A stretch of DNA of 43,801 nucleotides from Candidatus Zixiibacteriota bacterium (GCA_012517955.1 JAAYTW010000051.1:1-43801), one strand, 5' to 3'. Positions 1-8,705 are shown, numbered from the stretch's first letter. Notes: generated from the letters alone by a model not told the origin. A program made the numbers and translations.

Positions 1-203
1 ATCCTGACGCATATATGAACTTGTGGGGCACTACGCGGATATAATCCTGGATTCTCGACTCCGCGAGAACGACAACGCGTATTTATCTGTGAAAATGATT
101 TGATGTCATATTCGTGCAGGCAGGTATCCAGTATCGAATCGTGCCGTCGGGTCTCCGTACCCGCCTTCGGCGGACAGGTGCGGATGCCTGACAGTACATC
201 AGT

Positions 204-1163
204 CTATTTCTCCATTTTCGTCCCGCTCAGTTCCTCGAAAAACTTCTCGAAACTCTGATAACGAAAGGCAGCGATTTTCCCATCGGCCACCGCCTGTTTT
301 ACCGCGCAGCCGGGTTCTTTCAGATGGCTGCAGTTGCCGAATCGGCATTGTCCCGTAAGCTCGTTTATCTCCGGGAAATATAGATGAAGCTTATCCGGTT
401 TGATTTCCTGAATATCGAACACTTTCAACCCCGGCGTGTCGACAATCCAGCCGTTGCCTCCGATTGAGAACATCCGGACGCCGGTGGTGGTATGGACTCC
501 CTTTCCGGTTGCGGTCGATATCTCGGATGTCTTCAGCTCCAGCTCAGGCGCCAGCACGTTGATAATAGTCGACTTGCCGACACCGGAATGTCCCGCAAGC
601 GCGGAGGTCTTATTTTCGAGCATATTCATAAGGCGATCCAGCCCGTCCTTTTTTTTGGCGCTTATTTCGACAACCGGATAACCTATTTTTGTCCAGGTGT
701 CGGTGATACCGGCAAAATCGGCGGCGGGCTTTAAGTCAATTTTATTTAACACTATGATTGGCTTTAAATCGTTCTTTTCGGCGCTGACCAAAAACCTGTC
801 CACCAGCCCCGGTTTAAACGCGGGTTCGGTCGTGGATGTTATAATCGCCAGTTGGTCGAGATTAGCCGCGATAATCTGACGCCGCCCCTTTACGTAAACA
901 TCCCGGCGGGCGAGCACTCGACCGCGCGGCGATATTCTTTCTATCAAGGCGTTGTTATTTTTATCAAACTCAAATTCGACATTATCGCCGACGGCCACGG
1001 GAGATTCTTCCAGCGCTTCTTTGAGCATCCGCCCCTTAATCTGAGCCTCGTACTCGGCCCCTTCGAAATAGAGCAGAATATGTTTGCCGTAAACCGCGGT
1101 TACTTTTCCGAAAGGAATAGTATATCCTCCAGTATGGCTTTTACAGTTTTCATCAAGGCACAA
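204..1163 (-). CDS. rsgA: Ribosome small-subunit-dependent GTPase A (RsgA/YjeQ)
   Basis: 319-aa ORF. Circularly permuted GTPase order, with G4 LNKIDL upstream of P-loop GHSGVGKST. C-terminal zinc knuckle CRFGNCSHLKEPGCAV is typical of RsgA. Confidence 0.9.
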   Translation of the reverse strand: MCLDENCKSHTGGYTIPFGKVTAVYGKHILLYFEGAEYEAQIKGRMLKEALEESPVAVGDNVEFEFDKNNNALIERISPRGRVLARRDVYVKGRRQIIAANLDQLAIITSTTEPAFKPGLVDRFLVSAEKNDLKPIIVLNKIDLKPAADFAGITDTWTKIGYPVVEISAKKKDGLDRLMNMLENKTSALAGHSGVGKSTIINVLAPELELKTSEISTATGKGVHTTTGVRMFSIGGNGWIVDTPGLKVFDIQEIKPDKLHLYFPEINELTGQCRFGNCSHLKEPGCAVKQAVADGKIAAFRYQSFEKFFEELSGTKMEK

Positions 1164-1226
1164 GTATATATAAAAATAATTTTAAGGCAACATCAAACAT
1201 TTAGACTCTTTCGGGAGTTTAATAGC

Positions 1227-1255
1227 TTGACATGGATTTCGATTCGACACATAAT
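1227..1255 (+). promoter_or_regulatory. Candidate sigma70-type promoter (TTGACA-17-CATAAT) for the TPR gene
   Basis: TTGACA at 1227-1232, 17-nt spacer, CATAAT at 1250-1255. Followed by GGAGGA (1263-1268) and a TTG start at 1275. Confidence 0.4.
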
Positions 1256-1274
1256 TATTCATGGAGGAAATTGT

Positions 1275-1838
1275 TTGAACCAATCAAATAGAAATCTGTT
1301 GATTTTTGTCGGTATATTCACCGCGGCCGCTATAATCTTGTTTTTCGGTTTACCCCGTCAGCCCGAGCCGACACCGGCCCCAACGGGCATGGAAGAGCTG
1401 TCCGATAGTCTGATAAATATCGAACTAAGCAAAATCGAACAGCTCAAGAAAGCGCTCGAAAGCGACCCCGGCAATGTCGGCCATCTGGTACAGCTCGGCA
1501 ATCTCTATTTCGATATCAGCCGCCCCAATGAGGCTATCGAATATTACGAAAAGGCGCTGGCCATCGATTCGCTTAATCCTTTAGTACTTACCGATTGCGG
1601 CATAATGTATAGCCACATAGGCAAAACCGATACGGCGCTGTTATATTTCGACAGAGCAATCGCCCAAAAGCCGGATTTATCACAAGCATTTTTCAACAAA
1701 GGCCTGATATTGTATTCAGTCAAGGGCGACAAAGCTAATGCTATAAAGGCCTGGCGACAGTATATAGCTTTGATACCTGATACGGCGAAGGCCAATTTGT
1801 TTAAAAATCAAGTGGATTCGCTGGAAAGGGAGTTGTAA
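1275..1838 (+). CDS. Membrane-anchored TPR-repeat protein
   Basis: Downstream part of track ORF 852..1838; the upstream part is antisense to rsgA. GGAGGA lies 6 nt before an in-frame TTG at 1275. N-terminal hydrophobic helix LLIFVGIFTAAAIILFFGL, then TPR-like units (LGNLYFDISRPNEAIEYYEKALAID, AFFNKGLILYSVKGDKANAIKAWRQYIAL). Confidence 0.65.
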   Translation: MNQSNRNLLIFVGIFTAAAIILFFGLPRQPEPTPAPTGMEELSDSLINIELSKIEQLKKALESDPGNVGHLVQLGNLYFDISRPNEAIEYYEKALAIDSLNPLVLTDCGIMYSHIGKTDTALLYFDRAIAQKPDLSQAFFNKGLILYSVKGDKANAIKAWRQYIALIPDTAKANLFKNQVDSLEREL

Positions 1839-1976
1839 TCGCGCATTTTTGTTGTAAATGTACACGCTTTCGATTACGATAATTAAGGTATGATATATTT
1901 AGCCGGATTTTTCGCTTTTATTCTGAGAAAAACCGATTATATTCAGCAAAGGTTATGAATTAAGAAAGGATAAGTC

Positions 1977-3311
1977 ATGAAAAAGATCCTTTTAATTTTA
2001 TTTGCGGCGGCTGGTTTATTTTTGGCCATATATGGGTGCAGCGAGAAAATTACCGGCACGCCCAATAAGGATATCTCGGTCGGCGTGATACCATACCAGC
2101 CCCAACTCGCCTATGGCGATTCAATCAAGTTTTATGCCCTCGTTTTTAATACAAATAATCGGGCGGTGAATTGGTATGTCAATAACGATTCCGCCGGCAA
2201 CGATTCGCTGGGGCGGATAATCGCGATTAATGACACATCCGCGTGGTATTATTCGCCGCCGATTTACGCGCCGGTTACTTTCGATAGTGTTGTTATTAAA
2301 GCTGTCAGCAGAGCGGACACTTCCAAGTCGGGCGTCGCGTCGGCCGTATTAAGGAGCGCCAGCGTCATATTTGTCGATTCGGCCGGCGGAAGCGATACTA
2401 ATGGGAAAGGCACGATATTCCATCCATATCGAACTATCACCAAAGCTTTAAGTACCGGTATTATCAGTGATGGCGATACCGTTAAGGTTGGCCCGGGAAG
2501 CTACACAGCCGGCGAATTTTTTCCGTTGGCAATCCCTCACCGAGTGACAATACGCGGTGCCGGGGTAAATTCCACTCGAATCATCGCCCCAAATTCCAAT
2601 AATTATTCATCTTCGGCATTTCAACTGAACGTTGATTACGCGGCGATTAGAAACCTGACCGTCAGCGGTAACGATAAAAACGGAGTGGCCATTAATTCGG
2701 CCGCTTTGCATGATTCGGTTCACCTTTATATCGATTCGTGTGTCATTACCGATTGTTATGTTGGGATAGTAATCAGCGCGCCGTTAAAATCCCCGAATTA
2801 TTTCGATATCCGCGATAATATCATACGCGATTGCAATTACGGAATCGTAACCACTGTGGTCAGGTCGAAGGCCGCGATTTCCAACACGCGTTTCATCGGG
2901 TGCGATTCGGCCGCGATATCGGTGGGCGACTCAATAAGCGGCGCCGATGATTCCACCAGTTTACAGTTAACCAATAACTACTTCAGCGGTTGCTACTATG
3001 GAGTACGCCTTAAAAAGGGCCACGCCGTATTCGCCGCTGATACGCTGACCGATATGATAGCGGCCGGTATAAGAATCGAACAGGATGGGAACGCGTTTTT
3101 GGGGTCAAACAACTCGCATGGCAATAATTACTTCGGCACCGGTTTTTCCAGTACGATTCGATGCATTTACAACTTGAGCCCAGATACGATTTATGCTCAG
3201 TACAATACCTGGCCGTCGGCGGATTCCTCGACCCTGGATACGGAGTATATTTACGATGATGATGAAAACGGTTCTTCGGGGGCGGTAATCTTTTTGCCGG
3301 TTGGCGAATAG
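1977..3311 (+). CDS. Lipoprotein with right-handed parallel beta-helix (pectin-lyase-fold / DUF1565-like) domain
   Basis: 444-aa ORF. Lipobox LAIYGC at the N-terminus. IFVDSAGGSDTNGKGTIFHPYRTITKAL plus GDTVKVGPGSYT resemble the DUF1565/pectate-lyase-like N-cap. Repeated short beta-helix turns (NLTVSGN, CVITDC, NIIRDCNYGI, TRFIGC, NNYFSGC). Confidence 0.7.
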   Translation: MKKILLILFAAAGLFLAIYGCSEKITGTPNKDISVGVIPYQPQLAYGDSIKFYALVFNTNNRAVNWYVNNDSAGNDSLGRIIAINDTSAWYYSPPIYAPVTFDSVVIKAVSRADTSKSGVASAVLRSASVIFVDSAGGSDTNGKGTIFHPYRTITKALSTGIISDGDTVKVGPGSYTAGEFFPLAIPHRVTIRGAGVNSTRIIAPNSNNYSSSAFQLNVDYAAIRNLTVSGNDKNGVAINSAALHDSVHLYIDSCVITDCYVGIVISAPLKSPNYFDIRDNIIRDCNYGIVTTVVRSKAAISNTRFIGCDSAAISVGDSISGADDSTSLQLTNNYFSGCYYGVRLKKGHAVFAADTLTDMIAAGIRIEQDGNAFLGSNNSHGNNYFGTGFSSTIRCIYNLSPDTIYAQYNTWPSADSSTLDTEYIYDDDENGSSGAVIFLPVGE

Positions 3312-4621
3312 GTTTTTAGGGTATTTGAATATCGGGCCAGGCATTCCATCCTGGCCTTTATTTTTTGATTAATTTCCCTGATACTTGAGTCTGAACCGTT
3401 TAAAGGCGGCTGAAGTTCGCCGGGTTGCCTAAACTCGTCCACAATCGCATTGATGGCGTTGATGGTTTCTCTTATCGCCTCAAGAGAACGGGCGGCTTTT
3501 TCCTGGTTTTCGCTTGCGGGCTCTGCGGCGAATAATAAGGCTTGAATTGTTCTTAAGTTGTTTTTTATCGCCTCGTTGCATGATTTCACCATCTGTCCGA
3601 AAGATTGCAGGATTGCCCCCATCGATTCGGCGGTCATTCTTTTTTCGGTGTTACGTTCGATTTCCGATTGCAGGCGGCCGTTGTCAATTATGACCTTTTC
3701 ATATAGGTCGTATAATTCGCCGAGTTCGGCATTGGCTCGGCTTAGCAGGTTCCAGGGGTCGCCGATATCAATATCGAGATATGCGGCCATCGATATGACT
3801 TTTTCCTGAACCCTAGAGGTGATGGCGGCGATTTTTTCCGGTTTTATGTTTAATCTGTCCAGAATTGCCTGTCTGGCTCTTAAATTCTCAATTGAAATAT
3901 ATGGACAAATATCGATTCCCTGGCGGGAGTATTTATGAGCTAAGTTGACAGTCTGCCAAATTGATATAGAGCCGTCGGCGGAGTTCTGAATTTCGGCTAA
4001 ATGGTGATTGCTTATAGAATCGCGGAAAATATTCGGTAGTCTCCAGGCTGACGCGATTTCGGCGCCGATTCCCGAATGGCTTGCTCCAAGAATTTTTATT
4101 TCTGTTTTTTCCAACAAATCGGTATTGGCCGCTTGCATAAGGACTTGCCTATACTCATCAGGCATCATCTGGATAAAGAATACCATCCCCAAATCATGAA
4201 GCAGACCGCAAGTGAAAGCTTCCTCAGGCTGCAGCGCTGGCATATCTGAGGCTATTTGACTGGATAAGACTGCGACCTCGAGATTATGTCGCCAGAAATC
4301 GCGCAAGTTGATGGCGCCGGAATATTCTAAACCTCCAGTCAGGTCGAAAAAAGATACGGATAGAGCTAAGGCCTTTACGGCCCGCGTCCCCAAAACGCTT
4401 ATGGCTTGATTAACAGTGCGGATTTCGGTTTGCCTTTTATAATAGGCCGAATTGGCGACTCGTAACAACCGGGCGGTTAAAGAAATATCCTGCGAAATAA
4501 TTTTGGAGACCGAATCTATGTTTGAATGATCGTCGGCTAATTCCGACAATAAGGCGTTCAATACCGGCGGAATAGTTCGAATTCTTACGAAATCGGCTAT
4601 TTTGTTTTTTAAATTATGCAT
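3251..4621 (-). CDS. HDOD-domain signalling protein with C-terminal coiled-coil region
   Basis: 456-aa ORF. The N-terminal 200 aa match the HDOD pattern (IPPVLNALLSEL..., ISQDISLTARLLRVANSAYY, AISVLGTRAVKALALS, GLLHDLG). The C-terminal half is heptad-rich and helical. The last 61 nt overlap the convergent gene. Confidence 0.75.
   Translation of the reverse strand: MHNLKNKIADFVRIRTIPPVLNALLSELADDHSNIDSVSKIISQDISLTARLLRVANSAYYKRQTEIRTVNQAISVLGTRAVKALALSVSFFDLTGGLEYSGAINLRDFWRHNLEVAVLSSQIASDMPALQPEEAFTCGLLHDLGMVFFIQMMPDEYRQVLMQAANTDLLEKTEIKILGASHSGIGAEIASAWRLPNIFRDSISNHHLAEIQNSADGSISIWQTVNLAHKYSRQGIDICPYISIENLRARQAILDRLNIKPEKIAAITSRVQEKVISMAAYLDIDIGDPWNLLSRANAELGELYDLYEKVIIDNGRLQSEIERNTEKRMTAESMGAILQSFGQMVKSCNEAIKNNLRTIQALLFAAEPASENQEKAARSLEAIRETINAINAIVDEFRQPGELQPPLNGSDSSIREINQKIKARMECLARYSNTLKTYSPTGKKITAPEEPFSSSS
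3335..3367 (+). terminator. Rho-independent terminator of the beta-helix lipoprotein gene
   Basis: Stem GGCCAGG (3335-3341) / CCTGGCC (3350-3356), 8-nt loop, then TTTATTTTTT. It lies inside the 3' coding end of the convergent HDOD ORF. Confidence 0.6.
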
Positions 4622-4684
4622 ATACTATTTCGTATATATTATCGGCAGGTAATCTGATTATATTACGCCAAAGCAGGTTACGTA

Positions 4685-5878
4685 TCAACGCCGGTTATAT
4701 ATTTTTTTAAGCAGTCGATTTTTGCGATGGGCTATTTCCGCTTTTATTTTTCCGCTGTCTTCGCCGATAATTTCGGCGAACTCCAAGCATGATTCAGCCC
4801 GCTTTACCATTTCCAAGGCAAGCCGCGGCTGTTTCTTTTTATGTTCGAATAACTTTGCGCTTTCAATCAGGGAGGCAATCCGGCCGTCCAACCGCTGCGA
4901 ATCAAGATAAGCCGCGATGGCATCATCCCATTGTTTGAGTTTTTTCAGAGCCGCCGCCTTGACCTGCCAGGCGCGATAGAGCGTTGGTTTTGAAGCGAAC
5001 CGGGGGTTTACTTTATTTAATAATTCGACGGTTTCTCGGAATTGACATTGGTTAAACAATAATTCGGCCAGGGATAAAATCAGGTCATCATCGTTGCAGC
5101 CGGAATCGAAAACCTGGTCGATAAGATTGCTGGCGGTTATCGTCAATTGATATAAACTCAAAATATCGTCGCGATTGTGAAATAAAATCGGGTGAAGTAT
5201 CGTTTCGTCCCTTGTCTGCAGATAGTCGAAAAACAAAGAGGGGATAAGATGCGACGGGATATCATCGACGCGGGCGAATCCCAATATTTCCCGTTCGATA
5301 ACGGTCAGTTTAAAAGAATCAAGGTGACGCTTCCAGATTCTGCGGCTGGGAAACAACATATCCAAGTGGGGGGTATCTGTGATTGTCTTTTCAAAACGAT
5401 GGAGCTTGAAGCGATTGTTCAGCAGGGGAATATCGAAACATTTACCGTTGAATGTGATTATATGGTCGGTTAAATCCTCGGCGAACGCGTATAGTTGGGC
5501 GGGTTCCTCATTGAAATCGCGCATCAGATATTGCCGAACGATAAAGTCGTCGTTTTTCCAGAATCCGATTCCTATGATAAAAGCATAAGTGCCGGTTCCG
5601 CCGGCCAGGCCGGTTGTTTCGGTATCTATTGAAGTCGCCAGCAGAGGATTGAAACTCGGCAAGGTCGTATCAATATACCGATTAATCCTTTTTGTTTTTT
5701 GAATCGGGAAACGGCCATGTTTTCGGCCGGTACGATAAATCCAATCGACTATCCAGGTATCGCCGTAAGGGGTTTTCCGAATATAACCCACCAGGGGTTC
5801 GTTTTGGCCGCTTTTATTTCGGATTGGGCACGATTTGAGCGAATTAAGGTAGATATTGATTTTCGAATCAAGACCCAT
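4685..5878 (-). CDS. RNase H-fold DEDD 3'-5' exonuclease, YprB/MrfB-like, with C-terminal helical (TPR-like) domain
   Basis: 397-aa ORF. Exo motifs SIDTETTGL (DxE), ITFNGKCFDIPLL (NxxxFD) and HLDML (H..D). C-terminal helical repeats (AWQVKAAALKKLKQWDDAIAAYLDS). Start overlaps the upstream HEAT gene end by 11 nt. Confidence 0.65.
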   Translation of the reverse strand: MGLDSKINIYLNSLKSCPIRNKSGQNEPLVGYIRKTPYGDTWIVDWIYRTGRKHGRFPIQKTKRINRYIDTTLPSFNPLLATSIDTETTGLAGGTGTYAFIIGIGFWKNDDFIVRQYLMRDFNEEPAQLYAFAEDLTDHIITFNGKCFDIPLLNNRFKLHRFEKTITDTPHLDMLFPSRRIWKRHLDSFKLTVIEREILGFARVDDIPSHLIPSLFFDYLQTRDETILHPILFHNRDDILSLYQLTITASNLIDQVFDSGCNDDDLILSLAELLFNQCQFRETVELLNKVNPRFASKPTLYRAWQVKAAALKKLKQWDDAIAAYLDSQRLDGRIASLIESAKLFEHKKKQPRLALEMVKRAESCLEFAEIIGEDSGKIKAEIAHRKNRLLKKIYNRR

Positions 5879-6902
5879 TACCGGAACCTGATACGGTCAG
5901 CGCTTTTATTATTTTCGCCTTGACCAACGGCTGCGTTTCCATTTTGAGCGCGTTGTTTAACGCTTTGTGAAATTTGTTGTCCTTATATAGGCCCATCGCC
6001 TCCGCCGCGGCCGCCCGGATAGTCCATTGCTCCGATTTAATCGCTTTTTCCAAGACCGGAGCGGCTTTGCTTGAGCCAATTTGGCCCAGAGCGAGTATTA
6101 CAAATTCGGCCCCCTTGCTTTCAGGGAAACTGTCCAGATGAGAAATAAGGGGCTGGACAGCAGGTTCGCCTATCGATGCCAGCGCCCGGGCGGCGCTGTA
6201 GCGTACACCATAATAAGGATGCATCAAGGCGCCTATAAGCAGTTGGATATTAATGCCGGTTTTGATTTTTCCGCAAGCTACGGCCGCGGCCGTCGCCACC
6301 AACTCATTGTTATCGATTAATGCCTTCATTACGGCATCGCCGGCTCGGCTATCACCAATACTTCCCAGAGCAGAAATCGCCGCGGCGCGGGTGCGAAAAT
6401 CATCGTGATTGACTACGGTTAAAAGCGGGTCGATTGCCCGTGGATTTTTGATTTCTTCCAAACATCTTATAGATGTTCGTCTCGTGAAAGGATCGTTGTC
6501 GTTTACCAATTTCGACAGCGGGTCAATCGCCGGTTCGCCGATACCCTTGAATATATCGATTGCCGTCTGCATTTCGCGAGCGTCTCGCGTGTTAAGTTTA
6601 GTAAGCATCCGGGGAATAGCCTGAGTCCCCATTTCGATAATCGATTTTTTTGATGGTTCGACTTGGTCTTTGAACTTAATATCGCCCGAGGCGGCTCGTA
6701 TCCAGAGTGAATCCACGATTTTCGCGTACTGCCCTTCGGCGATGGTTGTTTGGTTTGTTTGAGATATGGAGTATTCAAATCCGAATACTATAAACGCCGC
6801 GATTGAAGCGGCCGCCAATTTTTCAATTCTATTATTTATCAAGGCCAATTCCCCAGTTTGAGCCGCTCCACCAGGTGGAATCGGCGCCATTTCCGCCGGC
6901 AT
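5868..6902 (-). CDS. HEAT / PBS-lyase-like repeat protein with N-terminal signal-anchor
   Basis: 344-aa ORF. Repeated units such as DFRTRAAAISALGSIGDSRA, YGVRYSAARALASIGEPAV and WTIRAAAAEAMGLY. Hydrophobic N-terminal segment KLAAASIAAFIVFGF. Start is uncertain: ATG 6902 or 6890, or TTG 6848 or 6842. All of these overlap the 3' end of the upstream gene. Confidence 0.7.
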   Translation of the reverse strand: MPAEMAPIPPGGAAQTGELALINNRIEKLAAASIAAFIVFGFEYSISQTNQTTIAEGQYAKIVDSLWIRAASGDIKFKDQVEPSKKSIIEMGTQAIPRMLTKLNTRDAREMQTAIDIFKGIGEPAIDPLSKLVNDNDPFTRRTSIRCLEEIKNPRAIDPLLTVVNHDDFRTRAAAISALGSIGDSRAGDAVMKALIDNNELVATAAAVACGKIKTGINIQLLIGALMHPYYGVRYSAARALASIGEPAVQPLISHLDSFPESKGAEFVILALGQIGSSKAAPVLEKAIKSEQWTIRAAAAEAMGLYKDNKFHKALNNALKMETQPLVKAKIIKALTVSGSGNGS

Positions 6903-8670
6903 AAGAATCTTTGCCGGTCACATCGATAAATATACCTATAGAACCATAGTCGCGTCGAGCATCACCGAATCCGCGCGTATTATTGGCCGATTTCACGATA
7001 TATGAATCATTGCCGCTTAAATCGGCCTGGATTCCGATACCGTTGGCCGAGCCCGCGCCTTGCGATAAATCCGAAGCGACATAATTATCATCGCCGCAAG
7101 CGTCATAGCATATAGCCACCGATCGGTCATGACCGACACCTTGCATCAATCCTTTCCCGCTGTACAAGTCGTTGCCGGAACCGTCGTAGATGCAACCGGC
7201 GGTCATGTGAGTACCGCATCCTTGAGCATATTGATATGAAAGGTATTTGTCGTTGCCTTCGCCGTCGGCCAATATACCGGTCGACCACCAGTAGGAACAT
7301 CCCTGACCGAAAATATCGGATTCGTATGTATCGTTTCCTGACTTATCTATAAGGTATCCCAGTCCGCCGGATATATATGGCCTGATTCCATAACCGAATC
7401 CCTGAGATAAGGAAATGTAATGGTCGGCATAGCGGAGAATATCTTTATATTTACCCCCGGCGAAATAGCGATCGTTGCCGCATAGATCTTGAAGAATTCC
7501 AATACCTTGTGTGAAACCAAAACCTTGCGAATAAAGGGCGGCTTCATAAGTATCATTGCCGGCATCATCGCGAAGAATCCCATAACCGAAACAGCCTGCT
7601 CCCATAGTAAAAGTGTCGCCGTAATAGCGGTCGTTGCCTTTTTTATCCCAGAGGATGCCGCCGCCGAAAAATCCGGCACCCAGATTCCAGGAGCCTCCTT
7701 GATAAATGTCATCGCCGGCCATATCGACAATCGCGTTCATTCCGAGACCGAAAGCGGGGAAACGTTCGTTTGGCATGTTGTAAATATCGTTGCCTGCGTA
7801 ATCGACTATAAAAGTCATATTACGATTATCGGCGCGGATAATGTTATAGGTATCATCGCCCCCGTAATCGATTACGATAAAAAGATTGCCATAGTAGTAT
7901 TGGGGAGTCGAATCGCCGATGCAGATTTTGCCAAAGCGCGTATCGAATTCGACATATTCCGCCTCAAACGAATATTCTCCGGGAGTATTGATTAAAGAAT
8001 CGCTGAACACGTCAAGGAATTCCAGACAGCGGATAGCGGCCACTTCGGGGTCGACAGTACGGGTCAGCTCGACCAATTTTTTTGTCCAGTCCTCTTCATA
8101 ATGGGCGATTGAATCGAGCTGCTCGACGCTTTTAAATTCATCCTCAGCGTTTTCCTCCAGTAAAATCGCGTATCCGGTAAGTACAGAATCATAACGGACG
8201 CGGTTGATTTCGTTGAAGATGGGGTCGCCGCGAAATCGAATCGCCCGCCGCATAAAAAATGCCAGTCGTTCCAATGTCGCCGAATCAATTTTATTCCCTT
8301 TGTAGTCCTCGGCAAACAAGGATTTGGCCGGTTCGTTCTCGTAAACGCGCGGTTTGACAGCCATCCCGTACGGATATTCGCGGAATACCGGATAGATAAG
8401 GCCGGGGGTCTTGTCGGCGTCCAGCAATTCGGCGGCTTTTGTTAAAAGGTCAAGCGGCTCGCTCATGAATCTATCGACCTGAGCCATACGGTAACTGTCT
8501 TTTTCGACATAGTCGTCGCGTAGTTTCAGGTCGGCACGATTCATTTTCAGGCCGGCTAATGCCTGATCCAGCGCGACCTGGAATGAATCGTAATTTGCCG
8601 GAGTCGATGTTTGTGCCATCGTTCCGGCCGCCATTAGGCATATACTTGTGGTAATTATTATTTTTTTCAT
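6832..8670 (-). CDS. Secreted repeat protein: unknown N-terminal domain plus about 12 GNDxY beta-solenoid-like repeats
   Basis: 612-aa ORF. Signal peptide MKKIIITTSICLMAAGTMAQ. The C-terminal 350 aa consist of 25-27-aa units built around G-[ND]-D-x-Y. Confidence 0.8.
   Translation of the reverse strand: MKKIIITTSICLMAAGTMAQTSTPANYDSFQVALDQALAGLKMNRADLKLRDDYVEKDSYRMAQVDRFMSEPLDLLTKAAELLDADKTPGLIYPVFREYPYGMAVKPRVYENEPAKSLFAEDYKGNKIDSATLERLAFFMRRAIRFRGDPIFNEINRVRYDSVLTGYAILLEENAEDEFKSVEQLDSIAHYEEDWTKKLVELTRTVDPEVAAIRCLEFLDVFSDSLINTPGEYSFEAEYVEFDTRFGKICIGDSTPQYYYGNLFIVIDYGGDDTYNIIRADNRNMTFIVDYAGNDIYNMPNERFPAFGLGMNAIVDMAGDDIYQGGSWNLGAGFFGGGILWDKKGNDRYYGDTFTMGAGCFGYGILRDDAGNDTYEAALYSQGFGFTQGIGILQDLCGNDRYFAGGKYKDILRYADHYISLSQGFGYGIRPYISGGLGYLIDKSGNDTYESDIFGQGCSYWWSTGILADGEGNDKYLSYQYAQGCGTHMTAGCIYDGSGNDLYSGKGLMQGVGHDRSVAICYDACGDDNYVASDLSQGAGSANGIGIQADLSGNDSYIVKSANNTRGFGDARRDYGSIGIFIDVTGKDSYAGGNGADSTWWSGSNWGIGLDK
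6835..7884 (-). repeat. Protein-level tandem repeat array (about 12 units of 25-27 aa, core GILxDxxGNDxY...QGxG)
   Basis: Successive cores read from the translation: GGDDTY, AGNDIY, AGDDIY, KGNDRY, AGNDTY, CGNDRY, SGNDTY, EGNDKY, SGNDLY, CGDDNY, SGNDSY, TGKDSY. Confidence 0.7.
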
Positions 8671-8676
8671 ACGGCC

Positions 8677-8705
8677 ATTTTAAGGTTATGAGAACGATAT
8701 GTCAA
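8677..8705 (-). promoter_or_regulatory. Candidate sigma70-type promoter (TTGACA-17-TAAAAT) giving a leaderless mRNA for the repeat-protein gene
   Basis: On the minus strand: TTGACA (8705-8700), 17-nt spacer, TAAAAT (8682-8677), then only 6 nt (GGCCGT) before ATG at 8670. There is no Shine-Dalgarno sequence. Confidence 0.45.

Noticed and set aside
1-203. A non-coding stretch downstream of rsgA with several helices (121-129 / 182-190; hairpin 161-173). It shares the 9-mer GCGGATGCC with the element at 8862-8870, which raised the idea of a repeat family or a partial RNA gene.
   Set aside because: A shared 9-mer is expected by chance in about 88 kb of two-strand sequence. The architectures differ and no tRNA, tmRNA, SRP or RNase P signature is visible. 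The region is also cut by the window edge, so I make no call.
852-1274. The 5' 141 codons of track ORF 852..1838, which would give a 328-aa protein.
   Set aside because: This part runs antisense to the well-supported rsgA gene and has no recognisable features. A GGAGGA RBS plus an in-frame TTG at 1275, just past rsgA, gives a sensible signal-anchored TPR protein.
6835-7884. Calling the GNDxY repeats RTX / hemolysin-type calcium-binding repeats.
   Set aside because: The period is about 26 residues, not tandem GGxGxDxUx nonapeptides. The protein has an N-terminal Sec signal and lacks a C-terminal T1SS signal context. Only the G-N-D core is reminiscent of RTX.
7347-7995. 127-aa (-) and 168-aa (+) ORFs inside the repeat-protein gene. 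Similar shadow ORFs occur elsewhere, for example 25495..26004, 33573..33968, 34475..34912, 38165..38578, 11652..11984 and 13320..13697.
   Set aside because: They are alternative-frame or antisense shadows of confidently identified genes. They have low-complexity translations, no motifs and no RBS.
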